From the NCBI GenBank assembly GCA_023645945.1, contig JALAIB010000057.1, positions 1 to 38,366 on the forward strand: a stretch of DNA of 38,366 nt. Direction: 5' to 3'. Position numbers and translations under genes: made by a program. Numbering within the stretch: position 1 is the stretch's first letter; each line of letters starts with the position of its first letter. Positions 21,964 through 36,781 of this stretch are shown here, in pieces. This DNA is from Diploschistes diacapsis (taxonomy: Eukaryota). A model generated the notes under the pieces. That model was given only the letters and a program-made list of their open reading frames with translations, did no database searches and was not told the origin of the DNA.

Positions 21964-24900
21964 GGTCTTGTCGCGCAATATATGCCAGATAAAGGTACCC
22001 AAGGACTACGCTACATACTAAGGGGAATTGTCTGACAACTTTGCCTGCGATCCTCGAAAAGAAGCAAATGAATGAACCTGCATTTGTGAATCGAAGACTT
22101 GAACGAAGAACAGAGTTTTCTCATAGTTGTTCTTAAGAGTAGAACACAGGTACGAGATGTGCAAAAAGAAGTGAGGCGAGCCTGGGACAGGGATATCTCG
22201 TTCGTGGAAGATTTAGGAGATCGATTATAGCGCACAGCAAGATGTCAGAAAACGGTGGCGTTTGGATAGCTCTGTCTGCTACACCCATCTTCGGAAACCC
22301 TAGGGATATGGAAAAGGACTCGGAAGCTACGTCAACGGACGATTGGCTAGCTGTGAGGCATACTGCAGGTGTTCACTTCATGATGGGCGTCGTCTGGCAA
22401 AATATGTCAACTAAAGATAGACAGATTGGCAGGAGCAACTGTACTCGAGCGTAACGGAACTCGGAACGTCTTCTTTCCGGCTACAGATCACTGCGGCGCG
22501 CTCATCTTAGTGTGAATTTACCTTTTTCTGTAATCTTTTAGGCGGAGAGCTGGTAGTTCTGAGATTTGAAATACTTACAAGAGCAGGTTCACACTCCTAG
22601 GGTAAGTCCCATCGTGCCGCACATTCATGGCATGCATGCGAAAAACGTCTACTGGAAATAGAGGTCTGGCTTTATCCGGGTCGGCTTGCGCTTTTCCTCC
22701 TGTTCTGAGAGACTTTTTAGCTCCTCTAGCGATTGCACAGTCGGCTAGAGGCTATCCGAAGCTGAGGTTCTTGTTCTTGGGCAGTACAAGGCACAAGTGA
22801 CTCCCAGGAGTCAACAACTGTTTCTGCTGTGGTTTCTGGGCACCGTGCGAGCTTCTGCTTGCGGCATTGATCTGATCAAGGGCCAAGATCATCTTTGCTT
22901 CCAATATACAACCAACGCGCACAGCACCAGTCCAGGCGGGGTTTAGTGCCTGGAGTAACTACACTCCTTCATATGGCAAAGATTTCGCGAATATAGTGAG
23001 TCAGCGTGGCTGCCCCGGGCCAGGAGAACTCAGTATACAAGGTGCGGAATTTAATCTACAGGAACGTTAGCCAGGCTTTCTAATAGTTGTGTCGTCTCAT
23101 CGGGCAATGAAGTCACTCTCTGGGCGTCACGAGGGCTTGCCTACAATTATATACCCGAAGTTTCTGCTTAGCCTGGCCTCGTGAGCCAATGGAGATGTCC
23201 ATAAATCGCCAGGCTAGAGGACTCGTGGACTACCGAAGCCGCGATATTAACCATACGAAATTATGACAGGAGCTTATATGCCTGCTTCGGAAGCGGAATG
23301 AATTAATAGCAAAGAGAGACGGGCGTCAACGTCGTCTGGCGATTGAGCACTGTTGCTTCTAGACGAGGGCTTTGGGAACAATCAAAACATTGACAGCATA
23401 TACCCTTCCTTGTAGGCTCTCTATGCTTTCTGTTGGCCTTTGGGGCTCTGTATCCTGTGACAGACATTGGATCGATGCTGAAGAAGTGGAGGACGCTACT
23501 GCGAGTGCGAGGACGCTGCTGCAGTACTGTTCGTTTTCAAAGAGTGACTAGGATTGAACTGGACATGGACGATGATGAGTCGCCAGGGAGCGTCGTTTTG
23601 TGCTCTTGTGCTTCTTCCCTTCCGGATTTATAGCAAAGGCGGTGTTGAGCGAAATACTGGCTTTGACCTCTCTATAGGACTGTGGCTTGTATTGAACCGC
23701 TTAAAGGTTGGTGGGCGAGGCTGCCTGTCTGCTTGGAGTATGCATGGTCCCTGTAACTATATACCGTGTGGGAAAGTCCGCCTAGGACGTGGTGGCGTGC
23801 TCAGACACCTATACTACAAGAACAACCATTCTATAATCGACAGAATATTAGGACCAATCAGCACCCACTCAAAGCCGATAGGAATTTGGTAGTTCTGTGC
23901 GGTCCAACTATATCAGGTCGCAGGCCAGGCATCGCTCCGGATGCATTTGGGAGACTTTACACGGCGACCTAGCACACACAAGGTTGATAAAGGGCAAGAA
24001 AGCCGGCTTCGGAATTATGATCAAATACTCAAGCGCTTTATTGTTGCTCTTAGTGAGAATGGGATTACGTTCGCAGAGACTTCACGGAAATGCTAGGTGC
24101 TGGAGAGTTGCCTGGCCACACAGCCTTGGACCGATCTAGGAAAGCCCGGAGATACTGCCGACCTTACACCGGCCTGCATAGGAAATCATGTCGGGTTGTC
24201 CTTGCCACTAGGGATAGGAGAGGGTCTCCAGACAACAGTACACAATAAATGCTGAACACAACGTTTTGGATAGGATGAAGAAACTCCAGCCGGCTTGTAT
24301 ATGACGGAAGAATGTTAAGCATTACTCGCTCGCAGTCGAGAGCAAGAAGTCTGAGTGGCGACTGAGGTCATCCGACAGGGCTCTACAAGCGTTGCATCCC
24401 AAGGTCGAGTCTTTAAACCAAGCCTACATATGAGTCAGGATGTGAAGTGCTAGCGGTAACCACTGAACCACATGACATAGGGTTGGAACCCCCGTGAAGC
24501 ATTTTTGTCTTGGAACAAAAATACCAGCATTACAGCAGCGGCTGTGAACGGATCCTGGCAAGCTTATAACTCGTATATGGAAACCGGATCTAGGCCCCAG
24601 AGTCATGTCGGGTGGTTGTTCGACCCTGAGGACCTGCCCGCCAGTCATGGGAGTGGGAAATTTTTTCCACTGAAAACATGCAGGCCTGCTGTGGTACCTT
24701 GGGAGTACTAATACTGTCCTGGCCATTCATTACTCTGGGTTTAATGATCATATCCGGTACACATGAGTGGAAACCTCTATCCTGGCTGGGAGTGTGCATG
24801 ATACCAGCAAAACATCCCGCCGGGTCTTCTCCTAGCCGCCAGCAGGACAGACAGCGTTACGGTCCTCGTTCCGAAACACAGAGAGGATAAACAGGCTGTC

Positions 24901-27900
24901 TCACAGAATCTATCTGGCTTCGACGAGACTGCTACTGCACACGTTGCAAAGCTAAAGCAAATTGGAGCATTGTGTAGGCTACGTGAGTCGTTCGGACTCA
25001 CCCAGGCATCTATAGCTCTACAAACTCTTGATATACTGATTGACTGGTTGACTGCAAGGCTCTATCGTTCTAAATAAAGGTCCTACATGGTTGATACTAT
25101 ATCCTGCATATTGGATGCCCCAGGCCGATCAGACGCGGTACAAGGAGTTGCCGAAAACATTAGAAAAGCAGGAAAAAATTCGCTCTGTTGCTGGCTCTGG
25201 AGACCGGCTACTGCTGCATAGAGGCTCCTATCAGGTTGACCGTGGACTTTCGAAAACGTGCACCAGTTCCTACTTCTACTGTAACAGCTTCATCAGTAAC
25301 GAAAGCACTGAAATCCAAGCAATCGATGGGTTGATGGCATGTACTTCGAGAACTGAGTCCACCCAAACCGGCAAGGTCCTAATCATCTTAAAGCCACACA
25401 GGGTCTAGCCTAATAGAGACTACCCAGAGGTTGCAGCCAGCTAAAATTTAGAGCCCGAATCTTCGTTCCGTGAGTGGCTTGCAAGAGACTCGGTTGAAAT
25501 ATTTATAGGCGTGCGACGGTATACTCAGGCAGAATGGGCGGCGAAACACTACGAAGTATTGGCGTTGGTGCGATAGGGGGATGAGAAGACTGGGAAGTAA
25601 AGTTGAGAGATACCACCAGTACCGCGGACATTCCAGAGGAACGGTTCGAGCTTAGATGCACAAGTTTAGAGAATCATGACCGCCAACTTTGCAAACTACG
25701 CGAGCTGAGGTAGGACCTGAGCTTGTAAAGAGCACTAAGATGCTAGTTTACCTGTATCCGTGGAGGGCAGGATGGAACCGTGACGCGACGAAGAGGGGAG
25801 CGAGAGTGCCGAAGCATGCAGAACGGCCCCTGGACAGGTCCGTTTGATAAGAAGTATGGAACAGAGCGCGACAAGAGATCCCTTCTCTTAAAGTCTAAGT
25901 CAGTACTACCAGCAGACACCGAGCCGTTTCTCCTTTGGTGGTTACCGGTAAAACGACTTTCACAGGTAGTGTTATGCCCGAGCTCCGGTTTCCGCGGATT
26001 TGTATAGGTATTCTCGGCTTCAAGCTCTTTATAATCAAGACAAAGGGTGGAGGCAATGCGTCACGGGCTGGGAAGGCGAACCACAAGCTGAAGACGCTGG
26101 AACGTTGGCCTCTCCATCGGCAAGAATGAATATAGGCTGCTTAACTCGTATCACCTTGCATACAATGAATGCCCTGCATAACCAAACGCAAGAATGAATC
26201 AGGCTCTTGTGCGATAGCCCTGACAGACCAGCTCGGACAGGGTACTCGTGCACAACTCGCGGATATAAAAAGAAGGTGGTGGCGAACATCGCTTGACACA
26301 CGTCTAAAGGAAGGAGAACCTGGACGTATTCATACCCCTGCCTGATCATGCATTCAAAAATATAGTATCTTGGTATGGAACGGATCCAGGTTAAGAACCA
26401 GGGACCTCGTAGCGGTGAGGGGTTAGCGACATGATATGAGCAAGGGGATTGACCTGAAAATTTGTCCAGATGAGGCGAAGATTCAGATGAAGCCCTTTTA
26501 GAGAGTATCAACCGGGGACCTGAAAAAACTGTCTAGGGAATCCGGACGGATGAGGAATTGCAAACTAATCGATATAAGAACATGGCATCCCTGAGAGAAG
26601 CAATGTAGGAAGTTGGGTGGGCGGAGGGAAGAGCGTTATGAAATCAAGGGAAGGGAACCCGGTTCCCACATAGATGGTCCTAATCTTTCTCAAGCCAGGG
26701 TTCTCTTAACATTATACACAACATGGTGTAGGAATCTAGCGAGAAGGTTTACCGCTTAAATGACGTTGATCTGACTATAAAAGGAACGTAAGAATATCGC
26801 ATCAGAAGGTCGCCTCCGAATTCTCGGATTGAGCATGACAGGAGAGCCCTAGAGTCGAGAAAATTCTAACAAAGTCCCGAGTCAGTACCAGGCCTTAACG
26901 CGCAGCATAGTAGAGATCCAGTATAAGGGACTTTAAGCCCCTTTTCAGTATACTTCCTGCGCTCACATCAGGACTAGGTCGCCATATATTCATACCTATT
27001 ATCATCCCAAACACGTTCGGAGGCTCTATAGCAAAGACAGGACTTCTTTATGAGCTCCGTGGGACACTTACAAGAGGCTATCAACCCTCATGCGGAACTA
27101 CCACAGTCTGAGGTAAACTTTATCGGGACTCGCCTTTACCTCGACAAACTCGCAAAGGTTGCGGTTGTACTTGAATACCGACGGAGAAGATATGACAGAA
27201 CTGATAGGACTCATTCAACTTGTCAAATGCAGCTAGGCCATAACTTATTCTTCTCCGGCCATGATACAAGCTCTGATGCAGCAAATTCCTCCGGGCTTTC
27301 ACAGTAGCTTGGCTTTTGCTGGGGAATCCCTGTCCTTGTGCCATCAACTATCGCGTATATCAGTAGGTAGCCTTGAGCCATGATCGATCCATCTGTTCAA
27401 CCGCCTCGGAGTGCAAACTAAGCTTAGCGGAACTTAAGAGACTAGAAAAAGCAGAATGATAGTCGCTGTGCAACCATTGGGATACACGGACGAAAAAGGG
27501 TAATTTAGGAAGTTCTGTGATAACCGCGCGAAAGGTTATTGGACGTTATATACATCATCTTGGACCAGAAGGATTCTCGCTTCTCGTTACCGAGGGCGCA
27601 GCCATACACTTGTTCTATAAATGTGTAGTAGGTGGATCTCTTCTAGTATCTATTGCAAGAGCAAAGGAGCGAAAGCTATGGCAGTTCCGTGAAGTTTATC
27701 AAAGAAGGATCGTGGGCAATAACGCACTATCTTTACAAGCAGCAAGCATGTCGCGTATATTTGTAACAGAGCATCAATACTCTGTGTGCATAGCCTGATC
27801 TGGGCATCTAAAGACATGAGGCAAACCCGTATCAGCAAGAGGTATGACGAGGCTGTATGTTCTTACACTAAAAAACCACTGTAGGCAAGTAATGCGCAGT

Positions 27901-30900
27901 TTACCTGAACTCCAACTACTTGAGATTTTACATAAAATGGAATTGCTGCGGGATCCTTAATTGATAGTCTACATTAACGTTTTTAGAAACCCAGAAAGTA
28001 TTATCTTTGTCTAGCCTTCGGAGCTTAATCAAGTTATAGCCTGGTCATATCCATGAGGAATTAAGCTGAAAAGGTATCGCGCAGCAAGCACTGGTCCAGG
28101 GAATTTACCAAACCGCTGTTCAGTCAAGGAAATCGAAATTAAATAAGATGCAATACGGACCATCAACTCGGCCGTCTATAGGACCCCAGAGACAGTCGTT
28201 ACCACACGGGATTAAACGCTCGTGAAAAGTTGCTAAGATGGCTCGAGGAAGTGTTCGGACTGATAGCAACTCCAAAGCAATAGTCTGGTTCAGAACCAGA
28301 CTAATTGAATTATTGACTTTGCAACAGCCATCGGGAAATCGACGGGCAGATGGAGCAGGACCCATATACTATATGTCACTTGAAGATAGAGATGCTCAGG
28401 GGAGCACTCGGTGACCTGTCTATGGATAAATCCATATGGAGTAGGCAGCTTTGGGCTGTGGGCTGCAGCGGTCGTTTTGAAAACAGGTTTAGCTTATGGA
28501 CAGAGCCCCAGTGAATTAAACCAGCGGCCATATACACTACTATCTCTATCAACCGCCCTAAGTAGGTATCCTTCCATTTTGCAAAGCCTAGATGCTGTGC
28601 GGAGAAGGAAAAAGATTCTATACGAACATGATAAGGCCCAGAGACATATCCAAACAGGCTTCTGGCATTCAACGTGGTAATACAATATGGTAACCCTAAA
28701 TCTAGGGCAGACTATAACATGCAGAGGTTCAACAACTCACGAACGACGAAGGCTGCTAGATACTATCTTGAAGACAAACACGTCGATATCTATGGCACTG
28801 AACAGGCTTGGGGATTACTGGCAGACTAGCACATACACACATAATCTTTTAGTTATATCAATGTGTCCAAAGCGAAATTGTTGGACGTAACGCCGCGTCT
28901 CTTCAAAATGACCCAGCTATACAGCAGTATAAACAGAAAATGAAGCTCGACTCGACCTCGAAACATATTAATTATACGATAGAAACAGACGCTAACCAGT
29001 AACATCATGTCATATTTATCAAGAAGCACTCTCCGAGGAAGTTGACATACTGCGAATTGGTTCGGAAGGCACGAAGAGTAAGCTCCAGAGAAATGGATCT
29101 ATCCTCCTGCTTCTCGTTAATAGCATAGAACGGCGCAACAATATGCGGAGACGCGGGCAGGTCATCTACAAAATGCAATCGTATCAGGCGGTTGAGAGTA
29201 CGAAACAACGCAATGTGGGACAGGAGTAGCACCATAGCTGTTTTCCAAAAGTGACGAGGAAGGCAAAGTTGTTGCTACACAATTGAATAGGACAAGATGA
29301 TCGATCACCTGGGGACCACAACGTTCTAAAGAGGCTAGCAAGGTTGCTTGTCGGCACCGGAAAGGGCCTACAGGGGAATTGCTCCATTGAAAGCACCGAA
29401 AACTCTAAGGGCATCAACTTCATGAAACTGGTATTTGCCCGCTCACATACACACAGATTTACAGATAAAACAGTCTACTGCCAAGCCTTTGGATGTAACG
29501 ACTTATTTCCATAGCAAAATCACATTCTTCTTTATTAGACTATGAGCGACTCGCTCATATCATTATCTTCTCTTTTTAGTCAATTTCTTTCTTTTGTTGT
29601 TGCATCGCTTCAAATCTGTTAGAGTCGGATAGATCGAGGTCGCAACTTCTTCTTTCGCAATAGATCAAGTTCTTTTCAAAGAAATTTGATTCAGAGTCAT
29701 CGTTATAACAGGTTGATAAGCCCTAGCTCCTTTAATTTTTTTTCAAAGGGCCAGGTAATGTGAGTCTAATAACCCCTATTAGATCAATCATGCCAGGGCT
29801 CATGCTTCTCAATTCCGATGCTCCCTGAAAGCGACGACGCAAGTTTCTCAAGAATATATGGTCTTGTAGCAGATGCTAATTGACTCGAACATAAGATAAG
29901 GAATGAGAACAACTACGAGGACACCGGGAACGATGGTAGAGCACTAGCCGTTGGTAATATGAATATGGAGGACAAGCTCAACCTCATATATAACCCCAGG
30001 CTATGAGACATGCCCATAAATAGGAATCGATATCGGCACGAACGGCTTCTCCTTCCATCGGGAAAGTGCATAAAGCATTTACTACTTAAACCAAGCCTAC
30101 GGACGTAAGTACAAGTATATGATTCCACAGCGCTCAGTTTGAGATGCTTATCAAGCTCGGAGAGGCGGATCGTGGACGATAGCAAAGATCGACGGCGCAA
30201 AACCCAATTCGAAAACCATCTAGGATTTCCGAGCCTATCTTTCGACACTGCAATTTCAGGAGGTCTGTCTTGAGCGTACATGATATGTTTGGTGAGAGAT
30301 AAATGGATACTTAATTCAAGCAAGTTTATAAGCGCAGGTACAACAAATCTGCATCTTGGAAAGCTACAATAACAAGAATTCTACCGTATGAAGGGAAAGA
30401 TAGGCGGCGGTCGACATAGAAAGCACTGGAGCCTTTTCAAAGCGGTAAATGGAAGAAGACTCAATTCGTACTGTCGATCAGGCCTTTGTTTGAGATCGAC
30501 ATTCTCGACCTTACTAAACTGTTCAACCATTAATGAGATCCGCTCCTACTCCTACCGACACCTAGGATCAAAATCCCTTACTATAGTTGCGCGAAGGACT
30601 ATTCACCTTGCGTACAAACCGACCTGAGAGTCCAAGCTCTTGGGTTTGGGGTGTTACAGAAAGGTAGTTTATGATAAACATAGCATACATAACTACAAGA
30701 GTATAGGCTTCGAGCCACTTCTCGGTGGTATATTCGGGAGACTAGGCGTGCACTAGTTCACTGTGAAGAGAATATTACATATATAAATCTCTATCTTGGA
30801 TTCGGGCTGATGAAAAGCATCCATTAAAAAGGATATCTGTATGTTCAGTATGAAGCAGAGAAGTACTTACAGTAATAAAAATCTCCCATTGTTAGGTACG

Positions 30901-33900
30901 ACGGTTTGTGCCAATTTCAGTCTCGGCGCTAAATTTTCCAAAAAGTAATTCGACCATATAAGGAAAACTCTCTGTATCGGATATGAGGATAAGCTTACCG
31001 ACCAGCCGATGAAAGGAATCTGTGGTATTACTTCATATACAAGTGAAGAGCGTTTGTATGCAAGGATAAATGAAACCGGTGAAGCGGCAGCTGGACATAA
31101 GTTTGGTAAATAAAACGGTCGACCTTGAAGGGGTAGCATTTCTGGAGCTGCAGAAATCATCAGGGATTATATGCAAAGATACCTACTTTTTATTCTGAGC
31201 GATTGGACTCCACATAACTGCCCCTCTTACATAAAGGGAGACATTTATAGACAGATACCAGAGGAAGATCATCGACAAGGGCATGAAAAGGATTTGCGGG
31301 ATTCAGCTGCCTGTGAGAGATGAATACATACTTACAACCGCTATAGCTACCGTGGGCGTATATAGTTCCTCTATATCCCAGTCATTACATTCTGGGAATT
31401 ACCTTCATCTTTCAAGGAAAAAATCAATTGAATCGGGATCATAAGGGAAAAATTGTAATGGAGCTATGCAAGGAGTTCGCGGTCCCCAGCCGGCTAAAGA
31501 TCATAGTTAAAGGAAGATTGCTATAATAACGTTTAGAATCGGAAACAAGCATTTCTTCTACTGGCAGTGGTCATTCTGCTAAAGAAATACGAGCTCTAAG
31601 ACAAGGACAGACAGTCTACATCAAGATGTTAGAAAAAGGTTATCGATAAGCTTTTGGGAATACTCCCTCTATCATCATCAAGACACTGATATTTCATTCT
31701 GCAGAAGGCTAAAGATTGCAATTCCGTTATATGTTTAAGGATAGAATGAGGTGGACGGTTGTTGCATTCGCCCACATTAGCCTACTATTGATAACGCTGA
31801 GGCTACGGACCAATTCTTTCTCTAAAACATGGGGATGTGAATGGCCATACGATACATCTTCTATATCAAACCGGCAAGATACAATTGATAAGGCTTATGA
31901 GAGAGACTCCCAATCCACGGCTGGCTGCGCGGGACTTGCATTTCTTATAATTTAAAAAAGGATGTTATGATGAAAGAATGTGAACGATTGAAGGTTCGCC
32001 AACGTAGGCATCTACGTTGATAACCACTAACGGTTTAGTTACGTGAGAAAGGAAATGATGTCTCTATATTGGATCAGGTGACACTGCGACCATGTTCGGA
32101 ATGCTTGACGGGGGGATTTCGTGAGAAGTATTAACTTCGCAAGGCCCGTGAGATGGATATCTTCAACGCCTCATAACCTCCTCAGTCAGGGCATACCAGA
32201 CAATTTCCTATGCGAGTTAGTACTGCTGCGGACGCTCATTCGACATTGGAAGATTTTAGGAAATTTCTTGGATCCATGCTCAAAAGCTTTTAGCTACCTC
32301 CTCCGCCTTGGGCCTATACGTTACAGCAAGCCTGAGTATTAACACTAGCACGGACTCTCCACTATGCTTGGCCCATACTTAAAAGCTCAATGGCTCGAAA
32401 TCTACTATTAAACGTGAAACGAGCGGGCTACCCACCCAGAGAGTCGAAGTGAGCCTACAATTAGGCGTTTATTATCTTGAGGTTGCTGCAAATTGCGTGA
32501 GAGTGATGGCAGTCAAAGATATTAACAAATTCGACTAAGTATAGGAAAGTCTCCGCTCCGAAAGTGTGCGGCAGAGTGAGTATGCACGTTGAGGTTGAGT
32601 ACAGTAAAGACGAAGGCTCTTGGGCCGTTGATCGAAGCTTATCAGGCATTTCCTTGGATAACAACGTAAATAAATAGATTTGATACAGAGGCGCGTGTTT
32701 TGGTGGGCACTTACTTGCACCTGCACCTTTCGCTTTGCCCCGTAAATAGCTTCATTCTTATGAAAAGACTAGAGAGCCCTACCATGGGATTACCGGTCGT
32801 TTAATGAAACCTCTTTGAGCCCAGTAATTGACAGCGCCTACACCCCTTTTCCCACATCAGCCCCCAAGTCTCCGTTCCCATTTCAACAACATATCCTGAA
32901 GCACTCTGGTAGACTAGTAGCCTCTCATCCATCACCCACCAACACCCTATCCATCACCACAGTGCTAGCAAATGCAAACAAATCCGGGTTGTAGCTTATC
33001 AACGCCTTTAGTTTTACAACCGGAGCCCATAACATACTCTGAAGCACTCCAGCATACCAGCCTCATCCTCACACTCCACCACCAGCAGCTTGTGGAACCC
33101 TCGCGGCCACCTCCCTCCCCGCAACCATATCCAGATCCTAATCGTAGTTTGTCTCCTCCGGCATCGTTGGCACATTGGAAGCTAGCAACACGCTCCTGAC
33201 AGTTGCCGCACAGCTTTCGATATGCATCCCCATTTGAACCAGCGTGGAAGTTGTTGAGCGCCGTGCTAGAGAATATCGGCGAAAAACGATCTGGAATCGC
33301 CACCTGCTGTCCGGGGGATGGAAGAGATTTTCTCGTTTCCAAAGGTGCGGGTTTGAAGAGGAGTTGGGGAGGACACGAGTAGGGAAGAAGGATGGACTAT
33401 ACAAGAGCGTTTGGTAAGGACAAGGGAGAGCTTCAGGGGTTTAGGGAGGTATAGGTAATGAGGATTACAGTATGCCGGTGACTGGATACTTCTCAGCACA
33501 TCTTCCAATATCGACACCCCCGGGCCTACCTCCTCCAAGTGGTCGTTGCCGGTCGTGATCCATGAGTAAACATAGCACCTAGAAGATTCAAGGTGAGGTT
33601 GCTGTAGATGTTCCACAGGTTCGTAAGCATCATGAGTACTGGCTGCGGTAGTGGGAATATGAGATGATGTGCATAACAGCTGCCTCTTCCACCGCTTTAT
33701 GCCCATCTAAGAGCTCCGAGAATGCTTCAGACAATCAGACAACAAATCTAATACACCTAAAGCATACTTGGAGCCCTTAGGTGGGCATGAGTGATGGAAG
33801 AGATCTTCGCTATGCAAGTTATTATTAATATCTCCTATCCTTCCCACTTACATAGCTGGTCTAAGCGATTGGCTGTTTGGGAAGAATCGGTCCGAAAGGT

Positions 33901-35801
33901 TCTAAGTATCGATTGCGTGAGCATCAGAAGCCATGCCATAACAGTCTGAGCCGCCAGGTCTCTGGTTCCGAACGGTCGTTTTCAGTCTCTGTAACCAAGT
34001 ATATAATAGTTCGATATCGGCAGCTACGCCTCCCTGAGCAGCTGGGGTACACCTAGCATGCTTTTGTCTAGCACAGCTGGCGCAGCAAAGGCTGTATAGT
34101 TGTTCCAGTCCATGTCGATGAAGGTTCAGTAGAAGTTCAAAGAAAGAGCCGAGGAAGCCCTGCGGATACCTCCATGACTATTAGTTACCGAAAAATACCA
34201 AGTTGAGAAAGCCATGGGAGCCTTCCAAGAGAATTCATTGTGAAGTTGAGCTTAGTCTCCTTAGACCGACTTCTGCCTCTCAGCCACCGTGCAAGCATTT
34301 TACATGCAAGCGGAGAGATATCTACCCTCGACCGCCATTTTCGGTCCAGACCGACCTTTGAGTAAACGGCGAGAAGCTGTACCACTTAGCCTGTTTGTCT
34401 TCAACAATCGTCCGGAAAATAAAAGTATTTTTGTATTAGCAATTTGAATCGCTAGTTAGAGGCGTTTGCGCGATGAAAATGCTTTACCACGACAAAGCGT
34501 TTCCGCCACCACAACTCTGAAACTGTCTGAGAAAGACTGCAATAGCATGAAAATCAAAAGGGCATTTTCAGTAACATATGGTATGGCTTGAGGCCTTCGG
34601 GCAGCTGTAGCAGTACCGAAAATCGAGAACACGTAGCGCATGGGAATATGAACGACGCTGTTGTTCCGTGCGAGGTGTAAGCTATAGCCTCAACCAGCCA
34701 CAGACAGAGCCTCTTATATTTGCTTTCCTTGAAGGCCTTTGACCTATGCTGAAGAACTGACGAGGCATGGGGCTGCCGAGCGATGTGATGAAGATAACGC
34801 GACATAGACAAGTGCAGACGATCAGTCCCTTGTGATCTCTAGTCATGAAGCATCTTTAATTTACCTCTGTTTTCCCAGGTTCAGTCCAAGTCACTCCTCA
34901 AGGATTATCCAGAGCATACAACAACCTATCGCATCGCTCTCCAGAACAGCCAGAGCAGGCAAAATGGTACACAGAGTACTTTGATAACCTAAGATGAACA
35001 ACTGACTGAATGACTAAAGGCACTAACCGCTACGCTAAGCTTCAACTACCATACTAATAAATCCTCCAACGCAGAGCAAAGACGCCAGATACGTTGATCT
35101 AGGGCTTCTCTGTCCGAGACCTTGCTCTGGTCGAACGACCCTGATGACATGCAATTGTCGACCAAGTTCTCTAAGAAACCGCCAGTCCAGTCAACGTCAA
35201 GAAGCACCACAGGGACTGCAGTAGCCGCACTTGCTGCGACACCAGTAATCAGTTGATACTTCTATTCTCCAAACCTGTCGGAGAACTTTGCACTGGAAAA
35301 TGCACAGCCGGTGCTCGTCCGGAAGGGGGGTAGACGAAAACACCGATAGTGAAGCGAACAATGCGAGGGATACCTTTCTTGTCACTGACGACTCCGGCGC
35401 TTTCCATATCTGGAATGAGGTTGGATGGTTCTTTGTGGCATTATAGGGGACGATTTGAAGCTGAAGCTGAAAGATATGGTGAGTCGTGTACAGTAGGCAT
35501 TAACTGAGATGATCTGGATGAGCAATTCAACAAAAAGTACAGCACTCTCACGGATCCCGTAGCTGCTCCAGCTGCAGATTAAGTTATATCGAGGCTTCAG
35601 TTGGCGGACAGAGCGAGAGGGCATCTTGGTGAAGGCGAGGACGCTATGGCCGAATCATGTTAGTTCCAGATAACTAGATTAACAAGATTGAACGCGAGAC
35701 ATGATTCGATTGCACTTCATCTCTAGACTGTTATTCATACTGAACTTGTAGCCCCCTTTTAAAATTCACCCTCGCTCCACAATCCCTAACTACCCGCCAA
35801 C

Positions 35802-36781
35802 TTAGACAATCGATAGTTTTTCCGTTCTTATCATGACGACTGGCACATCGTCCACGGTTAGCTCCTTGAACTTAACGGCAAGAGTCGAGGGCGACATTTG
35901 CAAAGCGTCTAGCTTTGGTAGGTCTCGGGGGCTAAAGGAACCAACAGTAACGCAGGACATCCCAAAGGGTTTGATTTAGTAAGTTTAGTTAAGAGCAGGC
36001 ATGAACGTTGCATAAGGTCCAATGGTATGTCTAAGCGATGAGCAAAATCCCCAAACGAATTTCTCTGCCATACATAATTGAGGCAGATGATGGAGCAAAA
36101 GCCCATAGCAAAGGGAAACCGCCGAAAAAAGTGGTTAAAGGGACCTTCGACCACCCACAATGGAGGTGTCTTGCCACAGATGGCGTTGAATAGGGAAAGC
36201 ATACTCATCTTGGCTTCCTCGAGCCTAAACTCACCTCGAGTCTTAAGGGCAAAGCTATCCAGCTCGGCCGCAGGATCTGCAGGATCTCCAACAAATGAAG
36301 GAGATCCACCGCTGGTATCCACTTCCCACAATGAGCCGGCAATGCCCTTCCCATCGCTACTTTTGGCCCCCAGAGCGACGTGTTTTTGATCCACTACCTC
36401 CGTGCCTGTGCCAACAAGACGCTTGCCCCCCCCATTATCTTGAATGTCGAACTCGACGTCGTAGGTGCCGCAAGTCGTGTAGAGCTGCTTCGATAGCACA
36501 AAGGATGCTTGGCCCTGAGGACCAGACATGCCGTGGACACTGGTGATGATGCCAATGCTGATATTCTTCTGAGGTGGACTGGGTAATATCGAAGGCACTT
36601 CAATGAATACTGCATAGTTGTGCGTGTTACCTGAACTGGCTGCTAGTGGATATGTGATATAAAGCGCCAGTTTGGTACGGCTAAGCCACATAGCCAGAGG
36701 ACCAACAATACTGCATTGTGCCAGTATTGAACTAAACTGGATATATATAAGCGAGACCACAGACACAGTGTAAGGAGCCAT
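35802..36781 (-). pseudogene. Pseudogene of an uncharacterised ~200-aa beta-rich fungal protein family (YTVSV..SGNTHNYAVF type)
   Basis: ATG at 36781 (MAPYTVSV), core SSGNTHNYAVFIEVP..ASFVLSKQLYTTCG..FALKTRGEFRLEEAKM. An intron at 36204-36065 (GTATGC..CAG) leads to a last exon reading KFVWGFCSS..ATFMPALN*TY*IKP..VTVGSF..VKFKEL, with in-frame TAA at 35985-35987 and 35976-35978 and apparent frameshifts near the end (..HDKNGK..LSIV* 35802). The N-terminal splice pattern is unresolved. Confidence 0.65.

Noticed and set aside
35197..35385. Cys-rich WCRSKCGYCSPCG as a hevein/chitin-binding domain
   Set aside because: Cys spacing does not match the hevein consensus and there is no supporting gene structure.
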